Source: Octopus vulgaris
Lineage: Eukaryota
Length of the DNA: 64,000 nucleotides
Reading direction: 5' to 3'
Assembly: GCA_951406725.2 (NCBI GenBank)
Contig: OX597822.1
Location: 92,442,001 to 92,506,000 of the forward strand
The notes below the pieces were generated by a model. That model had not been told where the DNA came from. It worked only from the letters and a program-made list of their open reading frames with translations, and did not search any database. Below are positions 1 to 11,620 of the stretch, piece by piece. The position numbers were made by a program, and so were the translations under genes. How positions within the stretch are numbered: the first letter of the stretch is position 1; every line of letters starts with the position of its first letter.

Positions 1-780
1 TAATATACCAACTACACTAGACATAATATACCAAGTAGACTGAACACAATACATTAACTACACTGGACATAATATACTAACTACTTGAAACAGAATAAAC
101 ACCAACTAGACTGGATATAATATACCCACTAGACCGAATAAAACATTCCGACAAGACTGAACATAACATTCCAACAAGAGAGGACATAACATACCAATTA
201 GAGTGGATGTAAAATACCAACAAGACTGGACATAAGATGCCAACTGGACTGGACATAATATACAAACTAGAGTGGACATAATATACCAACTAGGCTGAAC
301 ATAACATACCAACTGAACTGGACATAATATACCAACTAGACTGGACATTATGTATCAACTAGATTAGATATAACAAACCAACTAGATTGGACATTATGTA
401 TCAACTAGATTAGATATAACATACCAACTAGACTGGACATTATGTATCAACTAGATTAGATATAACATACCAACTAGATTGGACATTATGTATCAACTAG
501 ATTAGATATAACATACCAACTAGATTGGAGATAATATACACAGACTGGACCTGATATACAACTAGACTGTACATAAGAACCAACTAGACTGAACATAATA
601 TACCAACTACACTGGACATAATATACCAACTAGGCTGAACATAATATGCTAACTAGACCAAACATATCAATTACACTGGACATAGTATACCAAGTAGGCT
701 GGACATAATATACCAACTAAACTGGACTTAACTAAACGGGGTATAACATACCAACTAAACTGAACATAATATACAAACAA
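1..780. repeat. 23-bp minisatellite (consensus ~TAATATACCAACTAGACTGGACA) with a 46-bp dimeric block around 345-530
   Basis: Head-to-tail diverged 23-mers with no unique spacers; runs off the left edge. Confidence 0.9.
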
Positions 781-946
781 TACTAATTATACCAACTAAC
801 ACCATGTATCAATGAAACTAAATTTATTTTACTGATTTGATTAGGGAGCAACAAAAAAAATATATGTAAGTGATAAGCTATTTAAAAAAACAATTTGAAA
901 AAAAGGAGGCAAAAAAGTATTCAAGAGAAATTTGTAACTAACTAAC

Positions 947-1092
947 CTTTGTCTAGAATGAGACACTCTACTATGATCTTCAGGGTGAGGACCAATATCT
1001 TTCCCCATTTTCCATAATTCATAACGTTCTGGTTGGAAACGCCGAACAAAAGTATCCATGCTAATTTTCACTCCATCTTTACGGCATGTACA
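947..1092 (-). CDS. KDM4: KDM4 coding exon 6 ([27 protein letters not shown]...), 146 nt
   Basis: tttacag acceptor, AG|gttagt donor; phase 0 joins exon 5; Zn-ligand CxC followed by RKD as in KDM4A-C. Confidence 0.93.
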
Positions 1093-1510
1093 CTGTAAAG
1101 AATAAAATTATATAAAGCTGATGGAACCATTTGGGGAAGAAAAAAAAAGGATTATTATCAATATAGAAGTATATTACACATGATAAAGCTATATTTTCAA
1201 AAACTACAGAATTGTGAAAACAAGATTACGAAAATTTGGAGAATATGTTGCTTTTATTTTAGCCATTTTTAAAGAATATCTTGAAAATATCTAAAATTTT
1301 GTAACTATGTATAGAGGGAAGGTTTCTATCAATTAATTTACACTTCTAATTAAACACTATCTTATTAATATTTCCAAATGTTTGATAATCTAAATCCCCC
1401 ATCTCTCTTTCTGCTGCCTGCCTGAATGCATATCCTGTCCCACTATTGCTAGCATGGGAAAAAGAACACTAAATGAACAAACATACCTACATATACACAA
1501 CATATATATA

Positions 1511-1651
1511 TCATCATCGTCGTTGTTTAACGTCCGTTCTCCATGCTAGCATGGGTTGGACGGTTCGACCGGGGTTCTGGGAAGCCAGAAGGCTGCACCA
1601 GGCTCCAGTCTAATCTGGCAATGTTTCTACAGCTGGATGCCCTTCCTAACG

Positions 1652-1655
<4 letters not shown>
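1511..1655 (-). mobile_element. 5'-truncated RTE 3' UTR fragment with (ATG)n tail
   Basis: Reverse complement of the 3' end of the RTE at 16776-18547. Confidence 0.85.
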
Positions 1656-1700
<45 letters not shown>

Positions 1701-1889
1701 GTATAGAAGAATAAGATATAATCTAGAACCAATACTGCTTATATATATAAAACAAAAATCAAAGTGGATGACAGATTATCGTAGGTCAAGTTCCTTTATC
1801 ATTGGAACACAAAATACATAAAAAGTTCATTGAGATGTTAGGTTTCAAGAGCTCCAATATTACAATCCAAAGAAAAGCAGTATTACATA

Positions 1890-1973
1890 ACCTTACGATC
1901 GTTTCGAGGAATGTGTTTGTATTGGGCAAGTTTTCCAGCCGATACGAATAGTCATATTTCTCTCATCAGTGGC
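1890..1973 (-). ncRNA. Type I hammerhead ribozyme motif
   Basis: gcca-CTGATGA-long stem II-GAAAC-gatc-GTA-aggt; stem III palindrome ACGATCGT; first stem I pair mismatched. Confidence 0.8.
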
Positions 1974-2358
1974 ACAAATAAATCGATTAAAATAGTTGAA
2001 AAATTGAGAAAGCTTAAAATATTTCCTACTTGCAGAACTTGAAGTCATATCGATAATGTTATATTTTTTTTTTAACTGTTATAGTATTTTTATACTATTT
2101 TTAATTATCGGCAACCCAACTGTTAACCCAAAATTTGAATCCTCATTTTATTTTATTTTACTTCATTTTTACAAATATTTTAAATTTCATTTTCATTCAC
2201 ACAAATGTTTTACTTCACAAAGCCTTTCTATATCATTGCAAAGTTTTTTTAAAATACTATAACATTTCTTTTAAAAAAAACTATAACATTTTTAAAAGAA
2301 ATATAACATTATTGATATGACTTCAAGTTCTGAAAACTATTTTAATCGATATATTTAT

Positions 2359-2442
2359 ACCTCTGATGAGAGGAATGCAATTATTTGTATCGGTTGAAAA
2401 ACTCACCCAATACAAATGCATTCCTAGAAATGATCGTAAGGT
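2359..2442 (+). ncRNA. Type I hammerhead ribozyme motif
   Basis: acct-CTGATGA-g aggaatgca...tgcattcct a-GAAAT-gatc-GTA-aggt. Confidence 0.8.
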
Positions 2443-2750
2443 CATGTAATAGTGATTTTCAATGAACTTTTTGTGTAATTTGTGTTCCCTTGATAAAGGA
2501 ACTTGAGCTACGATAATCTGTCATCCACTTTTATTTTTGTTATATTTTGCTCATACTGAGCACTAATTAGGTGCGCTGCAACAAAGGTTTTCCTTTTTTC
2601 TTATTATATATATATATATATATATATAAAATTAGTGTACATTCATACACAAAAGGATACCTTACAAGCTAAAAGGAAGTCAAAGTCCAAACCACGGTTA
2701 AGAGTAATTTCTAAGGGGATGAAAAATAAAAACATTTTCGATAGTTACCA

Positions 2751-2819
2751 CTTGTACCTAGGTTTTGAGCATTAATGAACAAATAAAATAATTTGTTATT
2801 TGTATTCTTCATCAGCAAG
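2751..2819 (-). ncRNA. Decayed type I hammerhead (GAAA mutated to AAAA)
   Basis: cttg-CTGATGA-stem II-AAAAC-ctag-GTA-caag; palindrome ACCTAGGT. Confidence 0.7.
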
Positions 2820-3114
2820 GGTACTAATAATTAACATATAATTATGGGACAAATAGAGAGCACATGTCTTATCGTTATACATTATAATTTTTCAAATCCA
2901 CTGCACAAGTGCAGTTATAGTCAGTAGCAAATAAAAATTTATGTGCCGACTTTATTCAAAATTACTAAAATTATATTAAGAGAATATATATAGGGTAGAG
3001 AATTAGAGAAATTTTCTACCAGTGGCTAGCATGCATAAAATAGTCAATAGACAACATATTTTTCATATAAAATTAGTGTACATTTGTCCCATGATTATGT
3101 TAATTATTAGTGCC

Positions 3115-3183
3115 CTTGCTGATGAAGAACATGGATAGCAAATTATCTTATTTGTTCATTAATGTTTGAAACCTGGTTACAAG
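3115..3183 (+). ncRNA. Decayed type I hammerhead (stem III damaged)
   Basis: cttg-CTGATGA-agaacat...atgttt-GAAAC-ctgg-TTA-caag. Confidence 0.7.
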
Positions 3184-3189
3184 TGGTAA

Positions 3190-3390
3190 CTCTTTTACTC
3201 TTTTACTTGTTTCAGTCATTTGACAGTGGCCATGCTGGAGCACCGCCTTTAGTCAAGCAAATCAAACCCAGGACTTATTCTTTGTAAGCCTAGTACTTAT
3301 TCTATCGGTTTCTTTTGCCGAACTGCTAAGTTACAGGGACATAAACACACCAGCATCGGTTGTCAGGCAATGTTGGGGGGAACAAACACA

Positions 3391-3454
<64 letters not shown>

Positions 3455-3565
3455 ACAGACTTCTTTCAGTTTCCATCTACCAAATCCACTCACTAGGCTT
3501 TGGTCAGCCAGAGGCTATAGTAGAAGACACTTGCCCAAGGTGCCATGCAGTGGGACTGAACCTGG
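3190..3565 (-). mobile_element. tRNA-derived SINE, 5'-truncated
   Basis: Matches the full copy at 20842-21304. Confidence 0.9.
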
Positions 3566-3784
3566 AGTTTTTATTTTTCATTCCCTTTGAAATTATTCTT
3601 AACCATGGTTTGGACTTTGACTATTCCTTTAAACATGTAAGGTGTCCTGTTTGGGTCACCTCTTTTGTGTATGAATGTACACTAATTTTATATGAAAAAT
3701 ATGTTATCTACTGACTATTTTATGCATGCTAGCCGCTAGATAAAAAATTTCTCTAATATCTCTACCCTGTATATATTTTTTATG

Positions 3785-3856
<72 letters not shown>

Positions 3857-3859
<3 letters not shown>

Positions 3860-4517
3860 TCAGCTCAGAGCTGCGGCCATTTTGTGCTACACTGTTATTA
3901 CTAAGAACCTCCTCTAATATGTGGCACTTGGTGAAGAATAGAGTTTGATATAACTACCCTCATTTGCACCTCTTGTCGTGAGGTAGGTTCATCTGGGACT
4001 CTCAACAGGAAGAGGTCCAGCTTTGATTTAAAAACTGCTACATCTACTTTGTGCAAGTTCCTCTGACTCTTTGGAAGAATATTAAAAAGCTGTGGGCCCT
4101 TGAAACCCAGGCTGTTGCAGTAGCTGATCCTGAAGCGTGATGGCATTGCTGGGATCTTATCCACTATGCAGTGTCGTCCCGTTCTAGCATTGGTGTAGCT
4201 TTCAATGCCAAAATTTGGCACAATTCCTTCCAGGATCTTCCAGATATATATTACTGCATACCTCTCCTGTCTTCTCTCCAGGGAGTAGAGTCTTAGCTGT
4301 TTCAACCTTTCCCAGTAGCTGAGCTGTTGCAAAGAGACGATCTTCTTTGTGAATCTTCTCTGGATTGCTTAAAGGTCCGCTGTTAATTTCACACTGGTAG
4401 GTGACCATAGCTGTGAGCAGAAATCCAGGCCGCTGAGGATGAATGTCCGCCAGAGGACCATCATGGTTTCCTTATCTCTGGTTCTGAATGTTCTTAAGAT
4501 CCATCCAGCCAGTGTCT
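3857..4517 (-). mobile_element. CR1/L2-like LINE 3' fragment
   Basis: SYWERLKQLRLYSLERR...IYIWKI C-terminal motif; 3' end abuts (TA)n. Confidence 0.9.
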
Positions 4518-5297
4518 ATATAAATCTAATTTTAATTTTCATTGGGAAAAGGTATACAATTAAGAATTAAAACATCCACAATTTAATTATGCTACAAAAA
4601 TCTAATATGATTCTGAAATTGGTAGGTTGGGCATTTAATAAAATGCAAAATTCCAATGTAGTGGTGTCCTACAAACAAATGTTTCAGGCATGTTCCAATG
4701 AAGAGCTTCACTGAAAATGTTAAACAATTTGTCTCTTCATAGAACACTAATGTACCTCAATATTTACTCTGTTTTAAGATAGCTTAACTGAATATTAACA
4801 TTTTCTGTGTACCTCCTTTGCTATGGTAAGTGTCATAGTGTTAACCAAATGTGCAACCTAGGTTTCATTCTTGATCATACAGTGGCTGGATGGTGAATTT
4901 GTAAAGTGTCAGACAAAATACCTACTGGTATTTTGCTACGTTTGTTTACATTCTCAATTTAAATCCCACCCAAGCCCGCATTACTTTTCATCTAATAGCA
5001 ACTGAACTATAAATTTTCTTAACAGCAAGTGATCAACACAATCCAATTTTTCACTTATGAATTTTCTCAATCCTTTCTTCCGAGAATTAGTTCCCTATCC
5101 ACATGGTTCCAACAAATATCACTCTGCAGTAACCAGACTTCAGCTGCTTGAAATGGTTTTGGGTATCATTCATATTTTTGAAATAAAAAGATCCAAGCTT
5201 CTCAGTTTTGTTCTGTTGAAGAATGACAAAAAACTATAATAACTAGTAGGATATTACTTTCAAATATTTCAAAATCATCAGGAAAATAAAGTCTTAC

Positions 5298-5435
5298 CTG
5301 CAAGCATCGTTTTCCATATTCTATCCACCTTGGGGTTGCAAAGTTAGTTGATTCAGCACAGTTAAATCCATGATTGTAACCAGAATGGTAACCATAAGGA
5401 AAAGTTATCATAAACTCTCCAGCTTCTTGTGTAAT
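5298..5435 (-). CDS. KDM4: KDM4 coding exon 5 ([46 protein letters not shown]), 138 nt
   Basis: tttag acceptor, CAG|gtaaga donor; JmjC C-terminal motif with the distal Fe(II)-ligand His. Confidence 0.96.
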
Positions 5436-5540
5436 CTAAAGAACAATAACCAATAACAAATAAGTAAACAATACAGTGAATCTGTATTTATACAAACTCC
5501 TCTGTGTGCGTGTGTGTGTGTGTGTGCACGCGCGAGTGTG

Positions 5541-6663
5541 CTGCCTGCCTGCCTGCCTGCCTATCCTGTCCCACCATTGCTAGCATGGGAACAAGAACAC
5601 TAAATGAACACACATACATACACATACACAACATACAGATATAAATATATAGAACAGTGATTCCCACCCCTTTTATTTAAATGAGTTTTTCCACAGATCC
5701 CCTTTAATATGCTTATCTGTGTGCGTGTGTGTGTGTGCGCGCACGTGAAATTTTGAATTTAGTGCACAGACCCCCAGCACTGCCATTGCGGGCCATTGGT
5801 GGTCCACGAACCCCAGTTGGGCACCACTGGTATAGAAGAATAAGATATAATCTAGAACCAATACTGCTTATATATATATAATTTTCATTGGGAAACAGTA
5901 TGCAATTAAGAACTAAAACATCCACAATTCAATTATGCTACAAAAATCTAACATGATTCTGGAAATGGTGGGTTGGGCATTTAATAAAATGGAATATTCC
6001 AATGTAGTGGTGTACTACAAACAGAAATGTTCCAACAAAGGGCTTCATTGAAAATGTTTCATCTCCTCACTAATGTATCTCAATATTTACTCTGTTTTAA
6101 GATAGCTTAACTGAATATTAACATTTTCTGTGTACCTCCTTTGCTATGGTAAGTGTCATAGTGTTAACCAAATGTGCAACCTAGGTTTCATTCTTGATCA
6201 TACAGTGGCTGGATGGTGAATTTGTAAAGTGTCAGACAAAATACCTACTGGTATTTTGCTATGTTTGTTTACATTCTCAATTTAAGTCCCACCCAAGCTC
6301 ACATTGCCTTTCATCTTTCTGGGGTAGATGTAACCAACTATACTTTAGAAGATGGTGTTTCAGCATGGCCACAGACCAATGACTGAAACTAGTAAAACAT
6401 TTCCTTTATTTTAATACTGCCTTCAAGAAAGATTGAGCATCACAGCTTTCATTTCCCCTTCCATAATATCAATAGAGTTGGTCACGCATTAATGGTACAT
6501 CGAATCTCGAAAAGATTTAGTAATTTACTATTTCTGTAGGACAAATATTATCATCTACTTTGCTAAAACTCACCTGTTTGAAGAATGACAAAAAACTATA
6601 ATAACTAGTAGGATATTACTTTCAAATATCTTCAAAATCATCAGGAAAATAAAGTCTTACCTG
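5541..6663 (+). repeat. Local duplicate of KDM4 intron-5 sequence, including the exon-5 donor site
   Basis: Colinear matches to 1412-1505, 1697-1750, 4532-4995 and 5213-5300. Confidence 0.88.
5655..5829. mobile_element. 175-bp hAT-type MITE
   Basis: TIRs CAGTGATTCCCA / CAGTGGTGCCCA; 8-bp TSD atatagaa/gtatagaa; empty site at 1701-1708. Confidence 0.85.
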
Positions 6664-7501
6664 GCTATCAAAAAGTTCCTGGACTAGTTCTGTAGCATGC
6701 CAACAGATGGCAGCATATTGTTGCATGCACAGTGGAGAGCTAGCAATGGCCTTTAGCACACAACATGCTGAGTGACATTATTGTGTTTAGTTCACAAGTT
6801 GTGAAATTTGTGTTTTTGTGATCAAGCATATGCTGTAGTCTGTGATTTTGTAATGGACAGGAACTGAGAGCCTACATGAAATTTTTGTATTAAATTTGGG
6901 AAGTCTGCTACAGAGACATTGAGCATGCTTTGGAAAGCTTACAGTGATGAGGCAATGGGTTGTACACAATGTTTCAAGTGGCATGGGCACTTTAAAAGCT
7001 GGACATCCCTGGATGATGAGAATCTGGAAGACCTGCCACACCCCAAGAAATGTGGTATCATGCATCAAGAATTCATCCCCCAGGGCCAGACTCTCAATTG
7101 AAAGTTCTAGTGTGACATTTTGAAGCATTTGGGGGAGGTCATTTGTCGAAAGTGACTGGATCTTTGGAGCACAAAGACTTAGATTCTTCACTCATGAGTT
7201 ATCCACCATAAGTAACATGGTATCACTTCCATACCTGCATATTTCCATCTCTTCCCAAAAATGAAAATGCAGCTCAAAGATTGCTGTTTTAACACCCCTG
7301 TCAAGAACCAGAGCGAACTGCATAAGGTCCTCAACTTCCTTACAGAAAACGACTTCCAGGCCAGATTCCAAAAGTGACAGGAATGCTGGAACCAGTGTAT
7401 TGCTGTGTAAGGTGACTATTTCAAAGGAGATGATGCTAAAATTTAGGTAAGTTATTTTTTATTAAACATAACTAGTCTGAGACCCTTTTGATACCACCAC
7501 A
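6664..7501 (+). mobile_element. Internally deleted mariner remnant
   Basis: Degenerate TIRs (tatcaaaaagttcctggactagt vs reverse complement of actagtctgagacccttttgata); transposase fragments GKSATETLSML..AY, HQEFIPQGQT, GDYF. Confidence 0.85.
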
Positions 7502-7737
7502 TATATCAGGAGGATCAGTGGTTCTATTTCACATGTATCTCATTATTATACTCTGTTATTAAGATTAGTCTAACTGAATATTAAATGATTAACCAATTGA
7601 CAAATAATAATAAAAGTAGTAAAATAGAACCAGTGTGTGTTTATTATTGGCAAAATAAGTTCTTGAGATACAAAATATTTACTCATTTTGAGAACAGAAT
7701 CTCAACAGATTTTATTATAACACTGAGAAAGAAAAGT

Positions 7738-8115
7738 ACATTCATATTTATTGTGATTTTTATTAGTATTTTCTCTAAAATGTTGGTATTAGTCAAATTT
7801 AAACTCTATAGTGGATTCACTGCTGCAGCAAAACGAATTCAAATTCCATGGATTTTCGTCAATGAATAGAACAATGAATATGAATATTGAGTGTTCACAG
7901 CTACCACGGTGGTAACCAGTGAAGGAGGACAACAACAAAACTACTACTAATATTACTACTACTCAATATTCATAGTGTATTGTTTTGTACTATTCATTGA
8001 GTAAAACCCATGGATTTGAACCAGCTTTGAATCTACTCTAAAATTTAAATTTGATTAATCCCAACTTCTTAGAGAAAATACTAATAAAACTCAGAATCAT
8101 CATAAATATGAATGT
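7738..8115. repeat. Imperfect inverted repeat (arms 7738-7892 and 7961-8115), MITE-like
   Basis: acattcatatttat/ataaatatgaatgt, ttttattagtattttctctaa/ttagagaaaatactaataaaa, atgaatattgagt/actcaatattcat. Confidence 0.85.
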
Positions 8116-8177
8116 GATTAAATGTAATAAACCTGCACAAATCAAGTGATAAATAGTAAATAAACTTCAAATATTAC

Positions 8178-8281
8178 CTTGTTCATAGGAATAGAATATT
8201 TCTTTAAAATATGTGGTGATATTAAAGTCATCTTATGGCGTAGGAATGCAGGACATGCTTGAAAACTTGATGGAAAGAACC
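8178..8281 (-). CDS. KDM4: KDM4 coding exon 4 ([35 protein letters not shown]), 104 nt; absent from the ORF track
   Basis: cttttccag acceptor, AAG|gtaata donor; phase matches exons 3 and 5; CxxFLRHK Zn-binding motif. Confidence 0.95.
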
Positions 8282-8756
8282 CTGGAAAAGAGAAATACGT
8301 GAACTGGTGACAAAAGAAAAAATATTCAACTAAAAAATAGCAATCTCATAGTTTACTTACCTATCATATCAATATTAGCATAAAATGTATGCCAACTATT
8401 TGTAGAGTATAAACTACAGATTCAACATCTTTGAATTCTTTAGTTTTCACCATCTATAACTTCATGAATAGTTAGACTCATATATGGCAGTCATCAATGC
8501 AATCTATCAACTATGTAACACTTGTTTGCAACAATCACCAAACAGAATCCAATATATCTGACTATTTTCACTCTTCTCTTTTACACCCACCCCATACAAT
8601 CAATCATTTCACAGCAATCAGTTTGGACTTTTTTCTTTATGTTATATACCAAAATTCAGGTTTTTATCTTTACTATAAAAAGAAATTTGTTTTCAGATCT
8701 TTAAACAGTAAAATAATATATATCATGTGAGTATTCTGTTAAAGCTATTACTTTAG

Positions 8757-9545
8757 CTTTTACCTTTTGCTTGTTTCAGGCATTAGATTGCAGCCATGCT
8801 GGAGCACAACCTTGAAGAACATTTAGTTGAATGAATGGACTCCAGTAATTATTTACTTTTAAAACCCAGTACTTATTTTATTGGCCTCTTTTGCTGAAAT
8901 GCTAGCTTATGGGGACATAAACACACAACACTGATCATCAAACAGTGAGGTGGGTGGGGAACAAATACATGCACAACAACAACAACACACACACACACAC
9001 ACAACAGGCTTCTTTGAGTTTCCATCCACCAAATTCACTCAGATAACTTTGCTTGGCCCAAGGCTATAGTAGAAGACACTTGCCCAAGATGTCATGCTGT
9101 GTGACTGAACAAAGTGGTTGGGAATCAAACTTTTTACTACACAGCCATACCTGCATTAAAAAAGCCATTAAAAACACACAGAAACTTTTATTTTCACTTT
9201 TATATTATATACTAGTAGACATACCCGGCATTGATCAGGATTAAAATGTCATAGTTTAGTTTTATATTGTTCTACATGTTTCAGTCATGTGACTGCGGCC
9301 ATGCTGAAGAACCGTCTTTAGTCAAACAAATCGACCCCAGGATTCATTCTTTGTAAGCCTAGTACTTATTCTATTGGTGTCTTTTGCCAAACCACTAAGT
9401 TACGGGGACATAAACACAGCAACATTGGTTGTCAAGCAATGATGGAGTACAGACACACACAATTATATGCATATATACGACAGTCTTCTTTCAGTTCCCA
9501 TGTACAAAATCCACTTACAAGGTTTTGGTCAGCCTGAGGCTACAG
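8757..9545 (-). mobile_element. Two tRNA-SINE copies (8757-9155, 9277-9545) with a Helitron-like 3' end between them (~9212-9245)
   Basis: SINE homology; ctagtagacatacccggcattgatcagga resembles CTAG plus a subterminal hairpin. Confidence 0.75.
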
Positions 9546-9573
9546 TATATGAGTATATATATGTACACATACA

Positions 9574-9613
<40 letters not shown>

Positions 9614-9628
9614 TATATAGATAGATAT

Positions 9629-9714
<86 letters not shown>

Positions 9715-9791
9715 TAGATAGATAGATATATAGATATATATAGATATGGATATATATACATATATATATACATACATAAATATATATACAT

Positions 9792-10031
9792 TCTGCAAGA
9801 CTAGCCTGAGTTTAAGTACTCTATTGCACACCCTCACTACCTCTATGACCTTATCCACCCATTTCTCTGCAAGAAGTATGCCCACACCCCCTATTCCATC
9901 ACTATTACCTTCCCAGAAGAATTTATGCCTATGTGCTTTGACTGTGAGGACTCTGACTGAAGCTGCTCTCCACCTGTTGTATGCAACATACATCAACATG
10001 TCTCTTTTGAAGCATCTCTACAATCTCCCTT
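9792..10031 (-). mobile_element. RTE APE-endonuclease fragment between (GATA)n and (TA)n
   Basis: [32 protein letters not shown]. Confidence 0.85.
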
Positions 10032-10058
10032 GTGATATAGTATGTATGTATGTATGTA

Positions 10059-10112
<54 letters not shown>

Positions 10113-10115
10113 TAT

Positions 10116-10185
<70 letters not shown>

Positions 10186-10218
10186 TCAAAATAAGCAACA
10201 AGAATATCTTCGGTAATT

Positions 10219-10302
10219 TGGTACGATCGTTTCACGCTACATCATTTTATTAAACATTGTAAGTATTACAACAGTTTTAAAATGTTGAACAATCATCAGC
10301 CA
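10219..10302 (-). ncRNA. Type I hammerhead motif at the end of a ~1.4-kb AT-rich element
   Basis: tgg-CTGATGA-long stem II (catttta/taaaatg)-GAAAC-gatc-GTA-cca. Confidence 0.78.
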
Positions 10303-11620
10303 TTTATAGAGGTTTTCCATTAATACATATACATATTTTCATATTAATTGATAACATTATAAAGAGGGTAGATATATAGACAGAGATGATGTCGATTTGA
10401 ATTTTAAGAACATTAAGGTAATAGAATTTATCTTCTGACTGAAGAATATTTTTAAAGTTATTTTGAACTGCTAGAAGGTGGGGAAGGATATTCGTTTAAA
10501 TGGAGACAAAAGAGATTTTCTATTTATAGGAGTAGGTAGAGGTGAGATAAATGTCAGAAGTTATTCCGAAAGAAACTAAAGTAGAAAGGGGATTATAATG
10601 CCTTAGATGATGTTTACTGCTATTTGGCAAACAGATTTTGTATCAAGAAAACTAGGTCAATGCTAAAGGGTCACAATGCTAAAGGGTCATATGCTAAAAA
10701 GTTATAGAGAATACATAGATTCCTTTACAATTATATACATCACCTTTATACTTAGCTAGTAGGTGTTGATTATTTTGATACGTTGGATTAAAAGAGAATT
10801 ATAAATCTAATATTTATTAATTTTGGAGAAAAAAATTTATCATTTATTATGAGTAGGCATAATACTCAATAACTGTGGACAAAAGTCTTATTAATTAAGT
10901 GAATATATTAGGGGTCAATGATATATATTAGAAAAAATGGAAGAGGAGTAATCAAGATGAGTAATTTTCTTAGGTTTAGTAGAAGGTGATTCATTTTTAG
11001 GAAGAGAAGTAATCAAGAAGAGTAAATTTCTCAGATTTAGTAGATGGTGAATTGTTATTAATGAATTAAATTAAAGAATCTGATAGACATAATATTTACT
11101 ACCCGCGGAGAAAAGCTAATCAGTTAGGTAAAGATATCCAGGGTTAATGATATATTAAGAAATGGAAGTGAGGTAAACAAGATGAACTGAGTATTTTCCT
11201 TCGAGCCAGGCTTGGACGACATGATAGATGGTTGACAAAAACAATCTTCTATAGCTGCCAGGGCTTCTAGGATAATTCTGATAGTTAAAAGCAGGAACAA
11301 AAACAGCTGCAATCTTTGTAGGTGTAGATAACAGCAGACAAAATCTGAGAAAGTGTGGGTTGAGCCAAATCACAATCAAAGATTGAAAGTAAACGGTGAA
11401 ATGAGTCAGGAACTTTTCTTCTTTATCTGTAAGTAGCTTTAGGATAAGGAATAGTAGGTCCAACATTAGAATATTGATATGCATGTAAAATGCTCCACAT
11501 GGTTAAATATTATTTGTTGTGCTATTTAGTACTTCAATATTTGCATCTGTGTATGTGTTTGTATATATGTGAATGTGTTTTTATGTGCCAGAAGGCTCAT
11601 GTTTTTGTCTTTATATATAA

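Larger units (their letters stand above)
1747..2545. mobile_element. ~800-bp fold-back element, probably a non-autonomous PLE, with one hammerhead per arm
   Basis: 1749-1835 pairs with 2457-2545, 1880-1997 with 2335-2451, and 2033-2070 with 2293-2332. Confidence 0.8.
2625..3780. mobile_element. Second nested fold-back PLE-like element, interrupted by a SINE
   Basis: 2744-2854 inverted with 3082-3191; 2657-2733 with 3568-3647; 2985-3082 with 3677-3776. Confidence 0.75.

Noticed and set aside
1-780. Possible CRISPR array
   Set aside because: Units are contiguous with no unique spacers, there are no cas genes, and the context is a eukaryotic intron.
5270-5290. CTGATGA on the minus strand just inside the exon-5 donor (also at ~6640)
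   Set aside because: No paired stems or correctly placed GAAA...UH.
6787-7191. 134-aa minus-strand ORF as a host gene
   Set aside because: Antisense to the mariner transposase remnant.
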